From Catajapyx aquilonaris (taxonomy: Eukaryota), in the NCBI GenBank assembly GCA_000934665.2, contig KZ539117.1, forward strand, positions 1-33,115: a stretch of 33,115 nt of DNA, written 5' to 3'. This document shows positions 1 through 9,895 of the stretch, piece after piece (position 1 is the first letter of the stretch; every line of letters begins with the position of its first letter). The notes below the pieces were generated by a model that worked only from the letters and a program-made list of their open reading frames with translations, did no database searches and was not told where the DNA came from. Made by a program: the position numbers and the translations under genes.

Positions 1-413
1 TCCGGCCATTCCATAACTCCGTCATCGTGGGAATAAGACAGTGACGATAGTGTGATAATTAATAACGAGAAGCACCTTCTCAAAATAATATCCCCTCCGC
101 CCGCTCATTCCGATGCCATGCATTGGTAAGCATGCACACACCCTTCGCTATAGGTCGCCCAGCATCAATCGCTACCTGTAAACAGTGGCAACGACAGAAA
201 GAACGCTAAGCACTCTCCACATGACGATGTCCGAACACGACCAGTTGCCAGGTAACGCCGAAGTCGTTGTTTACACTTGTTATATGCTATTGTGTCCAGC
301 ACTGTACCAAGCCAAGATTCGTTCACTCATTGAAAGTACAAAAATGGCTTGTCCTAAGTTCCAGAGCACAAAAACAGAGGCATTAACACCCCTAAATTAC
401 CGGAAGTATTCAG

Positions 414-3400
414 TCACATTCGTCCACTTCTTTGTCTTGGATCATTTTGTGAGTGATCACGTTGCTGGTGCAATATCTGAAAGTGAAGGGATAGCCAATG
501 GCATAAAAATGGTACAGACTGCACAAGTATATCAGGGATTACGGGACTGTAGGAACAAGTACACCTGGAACATACACATCAGAATAACAGACCAGGAATA
601 AGCGGACCTCCTAAAATCCAATTCCGGAACAAGCGCATCAATTTTCGTTTTTTTTGCCTCACACCTTGCCTCTTATATCTCGCCCTGCTTTAAACCCAAG
701 TTACTGTTTCTCCTGTCTGAAGCTAGGATGTTAGGATGGCAAGGTAGGGGTACACTGTACCAATATAACCTAACCTTCCTTCCTTGAGAATACAGGCCCA
801 TCATCAGCAGATACAGGCCTATCCTTCAGCGGATACAGGCCTAGGAGAGTAGGCCAAAGTACAGGGTCTCCCGTTACGAATGCATAGCCAAAAAGTGCAT
901 ATAATTATGTCATTATTATCGCCAACACTATAATAGCAGGCGATCGGAATTGCGAAATCATTGTATTATCTGTTACTGGTTGTTAATGAATCGCAGAATA
1001 GCAGTATTGCAATAGATGCTTCTGACAGGAGAAACAGTAACTTGGGTTTAAGGCAGGATGTGAAATAAGACGCGGGTGTGAGGGAAAAAAAAGAAAGTCG
1101 GTGTGCTTGTTCCGGAACTGGATTTTCCCAGTTGCACTTGTTCCTGATGTGCTTATTCCTGGTCTGTTATTCTGGTGCGTTTATGCCAGTTCTGTCACAC
1201 CAGGTGCGCTTGTTCACCCTCCCCGGGATTATGAATCTCTGGCTCACCTCACAACTTGGGCTGCATAACGTGTACTTCCAGCAACTCCTGCACAGGCGTG
1301 AGGCAGGATATCTACAAATGCGGCATGGCTGTATAGTGTTGCAGGAGTTGGCTGCAGAAGTGTGTAACTGCTGCTGCAGCACAAAAGGTGAGGTGGCTGG
1401 TGGGTGATTAGCTGTTGGCCACTCTAACAAACCACGTTGTGATGGTGCAGGGATCTGGTCAGTAACCCTCATCGCGTTGAACACGTGTGAATTGGACGCC
1501 GCCCCAAACTGATTTCCAGATGATGCAGGAGCCTGTTGGCTCCCAATATTCTGCAGACTGGGTGACGCAGGCTGCCTGTTCAGCAGGAAAGCTTGATTCT
1601 GGGGAATCACTGGTATTCGCCTGCCATGCACCTGGCCAGAACCCGATGGATTGCCTTGAGTCCAGTTCTGTCCTTGTGGCGGCACAGATGGCACCTGGGC
1701 AGAAGGAGCTGGGTTGTTCTGCACCTGCCTGCTCGAAACGATGGTGCTGGGCTTCAGACCCAAATGTGCAGAAGCACCTGGCCCTGAGTCTCTATTCCAG
1801 TTCGGGTTCCTCGATACTGTGATACTATGGGCATGGTGGTTCTGTGGTGGTATGTTAGATGGCGTGCCACTCTGCAAAGATGCACGATGACCCGACAGTA
1901 TTGGAATATCCTGAATATGCCCCTGCTGTGCACTTTGAGTAACATATCCATGCACTGCACCAACACTCTGCGTCCTCCTACGCTTTGCTTGGACACCCTG
2001 ATTAGAGCTAACCCCCTGTCCCTGCCCAAAGCCCACTGGGCCGTCTCGCATTGGAGCTCCCGTTGCTGCCTGTTCATTGTGCAGCTGATTCCACTGAGCA
2101 TGGTAGCCTTGTGTTTGGGTTTGGTGAAACTGTTGAGTGCTTTGACTTCCTTGACTCGCCTGGATTCTGGTTGGAGGTGGTCTCCAGGCACTCTGCTGAC
2201 TCTGATTTTGGTGACTGCCTGGAACTTGCTGACCTGTTGGCTGGGGGCCTGCCTGCTGGTGCACAGGGTATGATTGAGCCTGGATAACTGGTCCTGGCCT
2301 CTGCTGGCGCACAGGGTGCGGTTGAGCCTGGCTAACTGGTCCTGGCCTCTCCTGGCGCACAGGGTGCGGTTGAGCCTGGCCAACTGGTCCTGGGCTCTGC
2401 TGGGGCACAGGGTGCGGTTTAGCCTGGCTAACTGGTCCTGGCCTCACCTGGCGCACAGGGTGCGGTTGAGCCTGGATAATTGGTCCTGGGCTCTGCTGGG
2501 GCAGAGGATGCCGTTGAGTCNCTCCTGACCTCTGCTGGTGGATGCTTTCAGATTGCATCTGCCCTAGCCTCAATGGGGCCTTTCTCATAAGCTCTTCAGT
2601 TGACCTGCAGGGTCCCAATATGGCAACAAAGCGTGTAAGAATGGCACAAAATTCTCGGGGTCTCCTCCGAGAGCCTGCAGATTCTGTCTGCCTCTCACTG
2701 ACTGGTCTGACATGAATTGCTAGATCAGGTGGGTTCAGAGTCTGGTCTTGCACCAGTTGTTCATCTGCAGTGGTCTTTCCACAAGGCAATCTTTCAGGCA
2801 TGGCTTCACCTTGCATGTCTCTTTGCTGTGCCAAAAATTCACCTCCAGATATGACGGGGGGTGGTAAATTCTCACCTGAAGTGGTATTGCAATTAGGAGT
2901 TCCTTCCTCTTGATGATTGCTGGGCATATTATCAATTTGCACATCCCTTTGTTGGGATGGCATCTCTCTTTGCTTTGCCGGAAATTCACCTCCAGATATG
3001 ACGGGGGGTGGCAAATTTTCAACTGATGTGGTATTGCAATCAGATCCTACCTCATGGTTACTGCGGCGTGTGGCATCAATTTGCACCGCACTCTGCTGGT
3101 ATGGCAAGTCTCTTTCTCGGGCAGGAACTTCAGCCACAACCTTTACTGAAGGTGGATTATAGTAGTCAGCTGAATGCTGGGGATTTTGCATTGCCATCTC
3201 TGAAGCTGTCTTTGGTTGGGGATTTGGTGAGGATGGGCGATCATACACCACCTGGACTGACGGTGGGTCAATGTAGGTACTGGCAGATGACAAACCCAAT
3301 TCATTTGTTGGGATGGTAACATTCCCTGACAGGTCTGCGTTTTCCTCACAGGTTTGCATCATGGCGCTTGCCTCAGGCAGAGAGTTAAGAAGACTGATCT

Positions 3401-6400
3401 CATCCAACAACTCCTTAAGCTCCGACTTTGCCAAAGCTAAGTCTTCCATTGCTGAATCTCTGCCTGAATCATCTGAGACAGCTGAATCATCATCACTTAT
3501 CCCATATTCTTCTATTACCGGATCTGTCTGAAACACATTATGGGATGGCCTAGTGACAGATTTCACCGTGAGGTTTTCCCCAGCCAATCTCAGATCGCTA
3601 AACAGCATGGTGATGTGATGGACAGCAATTGTAACAGGGGGTTCTAGGGATTTCATGACCATATGGGAAAGAGTATCTGAACTCCGACCTACACTTTCCC
3701 ATCTCCTTACGAAACATAGCACCTGGATCATGTCCCGACGAAGTCTGTCTTCAAACTTCTGCACTTCACTTGCAAGTTCGGCAAGGATCCCAGCAAGCTG
3801 ATCACCACCATCAATGAGTCGGATGTCACTCTGTGCTTGGTAGCCATCCAAAAACACAGTTCCTCTAATCACATCAAGCACCAAATAGGCAAAACCTTTC
3901 ACATCAAACTTCTCTTGATCATTATTCCCATCATCGTCTAACACGATCAATGCAGGTTCACTTATTTTAGAAGTTTGGACCTCCAGATCACTGCTCCTAT
4001 TAGACGGAATGTCTTCTCTTGGTGCTGATTCCATTTCCTGGGGAACTGGAGGAGGTGAAGTGGAAGCCAGATTCTCGGCAGCTGCAACATAGCATACACA
4101 TAGAGTTAACAAGTGACAGGTGAGCCACATGGTACTCCAAAAGATACCATCCACCTCACCCTAGGGCCTAGACCCAGACCTCTTCAGGTCCTACTTTAAT
4201 TATGGGTGGCTGACATGGTTGGGTCCTATCTAGCATGTGGTCCATTTTGGAAAATATTCAGGATCTCATCCCATTTTGGTAACTCCGCAAGAATCTCTTC
4301 CAGGATCGTTTTTTACCTCCAATTGACAAAGTTTTTGGTGGAAGTTGTTTACAGTGCCAGATGAAAAAGCAAAACTAACTTCTGTTCTACAGATTCCGGT
4401 TTTGCAAAAATATACATTTCAAAAATTCTCAATTTTCCCATTATCAACTCACGACAGTAAGTCCAAGGAAGGATAAATATTGTTATTTTGATTTTTCAAG
4501 CTATGATAAATTGTGATTAATTTGTTGAGATGACAATTGTTCATTAAAACTGCAGTTAATGCGATTATTGTGTCCGAAGTTATTGTATTACCAGATTTGA
4601 ACTTGTGTAACCAGTGTTGCAAAATCATTAAATATCACTTTTATAGTCAGCAATTGGGATATAGAAAAATCTGTGACAATTTACTATTGCTTGAAAAATG
4701 AAATTAAAAATTATTTAACATTCTTTGCACCTCCTGTTGTAATATGAAATTGAAAAAAAAATTTTGCTAACTTAAAAATTATTTGAAATGTGGATTTTTG
4801 CAAACCCTGAATTTGTAGAACAAAACTGAGTTTCAATTTTTTTCATCTGCCATTATTATGAACTCCCATTAAAAATTTTGGTGGAGAAAGGAAAAAATCA
4901 CCCCAGAAGAAATTATTCTTTGGTCCTTATTTAGACAGGTAGCAATAAAAATTTGGCATTTTCTTCCTCAACTTATCCATAACCACGTCAACACTTTTAT
5001 CCAGGGCTGTCGCGGTGGGGGTACGCGGGTATACGGCGTATACCCAGTCGAAAAAATACGAAATGTGAGGCTATACGCGGGTATACGCTGCGTATACCTG
5101 CGTATAGCCGGTAAGGCTCTTAATAAAGCTCATTTCGTTTATCCTCTAAAATAAAAATCAGAAAGAAATTATTTGACTCAACCCGCAACTAGCACCGCTC
5201 ACCGGACACTAATCGGCGAGACGGGAAGAGGGGGGTAAGGGGGAGTGGTGGCGGAACTTGAGCTCTTTTCAAAGGCTGTGGTGTGAGCTTTCGGCAAGGG
5301 TCCTCTTCAAGGTCCTCTTGGTGTGGTTGGGAGGGGCCTCCATCCTCCAGATGCATCCCATCTGGAGAAACAGACCTGTTCGGGGTCGTCCATAAACCAC
5401 GTGAGTGCGTGACCGATTTTCGGGCACTTTTTGACCCCCCNNNNNNNNNNNNNNNNNNNNNNNNNNNNNNNNNNNNNNNNNNNNNNNNNNNNNNNNNNNN
5501 NNNNNNNNNNNNNNNNNNNNNNNNNNNNNNNNNNNNNNNNNNNNNNNNNNNNNNNNNNNNNNNNNNNNNNNNNNNNNNNNNNNNNNNNNNNNNNNNNNNN
5601 NNNNNNNNNNNNNNNNNNNNNNNNNNNNNNNNNNNNNNNNNNNNNNNNNNNNNNCCCCCCCCTCCCCCCAAAACGGTCACGTGGTATATGGACGACCCCT
5701 TAGGGGAGGAGTTGCGCGCTAATTTACGGAGTCGGCTACGGAGCTGCGGTGCGGCGGTCACCTCTCACTCAGACTCACCCTATTCGAGTCTTTTTCGCCC
5801 AGCTGTGACACACTGACACTTGACAAATTAATTCTAGAGTAGGCTACTACTTATTTAACGCTGGAACCGTGACGTGGGGTCTTTTAGAACCTCATCCATA
5901 TTTCAATTTTTATTAATTTTTATATAATACTTTTCAATGTGGGGAGACGGAGTGGCGCCGCGGTAACGCGCGCGCCCACGGAAGTTAAGGTCCCGGGTTC
6001 AATCCCCACCCGGGGTTCCCACCTTCTTTCGTGCAGAGTTGGGCCATCTCTGGCTTCGTTTCGGGTGGCAATTTCCGATAGACTAAGCCACCCGGGGAGT
6101 TCGCAAAATGACGATTAGAGACATTGCACTTGCACTTTGCACATCCCCTCCCACCCACCCTTGGAGTGGTAATCCACCCCCCCTAAGGAGTAGGTAACTC
6201 CCCCCGTGGGGTAATGCAAAAAAAAAACTTTTCAATGTATTGACTATATGCAATCATTCTTTGAACAATGCCTAAAATGATCGCTAATTCAAAATAAACA
6301 TGCACTTTCTGTTTGTGTAAATTTTGTGGGTGGGTACTTTTTGAGATGTGGCTTTTTGTGGCATTTACGGTTATGCTTGAGGGATGACTTGAACGCAAAG

Positions 6401-9400
6401 ACCGCGGAACTCGAGAAAATATTACAGAACGGCGACAAAAAGGTGTAAATACGTAGGTGTAAATAGGCGCTAACAGATCATGTACGTCCCAATGCTCAAA
6501 TAAAACAATTTTAGATACTATATCTTTGTCTATGTTGTGCGTATACTGTATATTATCAAGTGTAAAAATATTGTAGGTAATCATGATTTTGTTGACGGAA
6601 GGGCGGGGGGGGGGGNTAGCCTCCAGTACTGTACTTCTAGCCCCCCCCCCGAAATGTTTGGAATAGCATTATAAATTACTCATCCATGCTTTTTTTTTTT
6701 TTTGGAAAAGCGCTACCAATTTCATCCAATACACCCATTCAAACCTCCCACATCGCCACATGCACCTAAGCTAGTGTGACCTTGAACCCCAAAAAATTTT
6801 CGCCTGCGGCGCGCTTGCTCCCCCCCCCCGCGTATACCCTGCCGAAAATTTCCCGCGACAGCACTGCTTTTATCATACTAACGCTTATATTGTGGCGATG
6901 CCAGTATAAAATGGGGTCAACCAGGGGCTGGATCCCAGGGAAGCTGGCTGGTTAGAATAATGGGGTAGTTCTTATGACACCCTCATTCCCTGAAAAATTA
7001 TCCTATATGGATTAGAAAGTGATGCACTGCCCCCTCACAGGCTTTATTATTTTGCAATTTCCCATAGCACTTGCAAGAGATAGAGAGGAGAGTTTTTTTA
7101 CTTTGTGTAGAGCAGCCAGCCTTCGGAAATCACACAAATAATGATTTTGACCAATATTGATCTGACAACCAGACGAGACTTTCTAATATCAGGTCATCCC
7201 CCACTTTACCAGCATGCCGCAATATACATGGCACTCTGAAACCATACCTGGATTTGTCTTTGATGTGGAACCTGAGGTGGCATCCTGATGGTCCTGCTCA
7301 TTTTTCCTCCCGGTGGATGTTACAAAGTTCCTCTCCCTCTGAAATGAGGCCTTAAACGTTGCTTTTCTCTTTACCATAATCTTCTTGATTTCCTCCTGTG
7401 ATTCCGCTAGCTTTTTTCCTGCCTCTTTTTCCCCTTCTTCAATTTCAGCCACAGAGGCAGAACCAGTATCTCTCTTCTTCTGCAGCTCATCCATTGCCTG
7501 AGAATATTCATTTTGGACTTCCAGTAACTTGTTATTTTCCTGAGCCTCCAACTGTGCCATTTTCACAAGCTCCTTCTCATCTATCTCGGCCATTTTCACA
7601 AGCTCCTTCTCATCTATCTCGGCCATTTTCACAAGCTCCGTCTTATCTATCCCTGCCATTTGCTGACGCGTCTTTTCGTCCTGGGCAACAGATTGCTCAC
7701 AGTGAATGTTTGATTGCCCAGCTGCAGGTTTCTGTGATAAAGAATCTGAAGGATTCATGCTCTGATGCTTTTTTGGTCTTCCTCTACGTCGAACAACTTT
7801 GGGGCATTTCAGTTGTTGCGTGCCATCTGGAATTTTTGGCTCGTCTAAATCTGGAGATGGGATTGCTGAACTGTTAGTAACACACCGGCGTTTCTTCATC
7901 TTAACAGTTTCCTGTATATTCGGAACATATATTTCTGGTTCCTGTTGTTGCACCCCTTCTTCAATGCTAGTGGACTGTACGACAGTGTGATTATCAGGTT
8001 TCTCCTGTGGAGTTGGAACCTTGCTGGGCAAGATTCTTGAATGTGCTTCACTTGATGATGCCTGGATCCAATCTTGTACTCTCTGCTGGCTACTAGTTCT
8101 ATCCGTTTGCTGCCTTTTGTGCTCCAACTGAAGGCTCTTCTTCTTTTTCAGGGGTGGCTCTTGATCTGGGAGCTCGTGTGATGTCCGCTTTTCACCTGAA
8201 CACTTTTTTGGCTCCTCACTGCCTCCTTTCCCACTCGGTTTTACTTCTTGTAGGTTGCACCTGTTAGAGTGAGAAGTGCAGCCACTAGTGCTTGGTATTA
8301 CACTGACATGTGCCACACTGGAAGAACCCTCCTTCTCCTTTCCATTTTTCTTCTTCGCATCTGCCGAATGTTGCCTGTCCCGTTTCCCCGTACACTCCTT
8401 TGCAATGTCGCTGTAACTTTTCTCCCGAGGTTGTGCTTCTTCCTTTTGAGATTTCTTCAACACATCTGCATCAAGAAAATAAAGCATTAGCACTAACTCC
8501 AATAAACAGGTCTAGGATAAGTGAAATTAGACATAACGTGTAAAAGGCTGAGACAATAAGTGAATGGCAGCATGAATAAAAATTTATTCCAAATTCAGAT
8601 GAATTTTTGCAATCTTGTGATGGATGATTTCCAAAAGTGACTGTGGACTGTCTGGTAGGGTGCATAAAGAATGTGAGAATCACAAAATACATATCCGCAA
8701 CTTTCAGGTGCAAGAAGCATAACAAAATTAACTTTTCACATTTTCGTGACACATCGAACAAGATCCAATGCTTGTTGATTAAACATCATCAAGCTGTTAC
8801 ATCGGCAATAGAAATTTCTACTCTCTTTTCTTGTATTATTTACGTAAGGTCACAGTTAATTTTCACTCTCTCGATGATACAAATTAGACAGAACTAGAGG
8901 CAGAATATCCCAGCAATGGTCAAACGTTTTAAAAATACTTGTACTATAAGAGAACTGCAACTAGTGCAACTGAAAGGCAGTTTTCCTTGAGGCTGAGCCT
9001 CTACATACACTACTGAAAAAATCCACCATGGGGTACACGCAGAGCCAAATCCGGTCACTTACAGCATGCTACACCAGAGGAGAGACAGTGTAATTCTTTT
9101 GCTCTCCAGTCAGGTGTGGGATGAGCATGCGCAGATATTAGAGGACTTTTACTATGCATCTAAATACTTTTGTGTGTCTGGGTGGGTGACGAGAAATTAG
9201 CCGGTCAGTTGCTGTGCCATATTGTGACATAACACATGATATTCAACTAGTGACTAATCCATGAGGAACTTGTCAGGTTAGGGTAATTTAGCCTAATATG
9301 GCCCTCTACCCTTTCCTTACAATTTAAACAAAACTCGAGCCAAAAAGACAACATAATATACAATGTCAGACAAACTTACAAGGGAATGACCAGGTTGGTA

Positions 9401-9831
9401 GCCTCCTATTTGGCTGAAACTTGCCAGAGTGGTAAATCATGTGCCATAAACACAGTGGTGAAAATCCTAAATTCCCTTTTTCAGCCGTTTCTGACTGACT
9501 GAAGAATCTGAATTTTGGCCTCTCGCATAGGTAGGGGTCAAGTGAGAAACATGCAAATGCATGGAAGTGCTGGTACTCTAGTGGGTAGTGCGTCAGACTT
9601 GTGATTTTGCCAGGAGCCGCTCTGTCAGGTTCAAATCCCTTGTACGCTGCTTTATATAAGGTTTAATCATATAATAAAACTAATCATAGATTTTTATTCT
9701 GGAAAAAGTCTGTTATATTTCTGCGTTTGCAAGTCATATTGACATTTTTCTAGCTTTTTATTCTCAATTTATTTTTTGGCAATGCACTGATAATCCAAAA
9801 CACGGATAATCTGCACCTAGATAATCGGGAG

Positions 9832-9895
<64 letters not shown>

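Larger units (their letters stand above)
5002..6866. mobile_element. Non-autonomous hAT element with nested insertions
   Basis: TIRs CAGGGCTGTCGCGG / CCGCGACAGCACTG (13 of 14 match); perfect 8-bp TSD cttttatc (4994-5001, 6867-6874); repeated subterminal gcgtatacc motifs; no transposase ORF. Confidence 0.9.

Noticed and set aside
185..601. 138-aa + strand ORF
   Set aside because: Antisense to the gene A terminal exon and runs into a MITE arm; no recognisable protein features.
1167..1247. ORF tail VSQRFIIPGRVNKRTWCDRTGINAPE as the gene A C-terminus
   Set aside because: Follows a strong GAG|gtgag donor and lies in a MITE arm; the homologous exon is at 476-414.
2250..2520. CRISPR-like periodicity
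   Set aside because: Contiguous in-frame coding repeats without unique spacers, in a eukaryotic exon.
4082..4154. Apparent signal peptide MDGIFWSTMWLTCHLLTLCVCYVAA
   Set aside because: Intron sequence upstream of the acceptor at 4081 (GTG start); the paralogue splices at the same point.
5189..5816. ORFs spanning the N gap
   Set aside because: Open only because N codons hide stops; inside non-autonomous elements.
9570..9642. tRNA-like segment (tagtgggtagtgcg..ggttcaaatcc)
   Set aside because: Box-like motifs but no convincing cloverleaf stems; at most a decayed SINE head.
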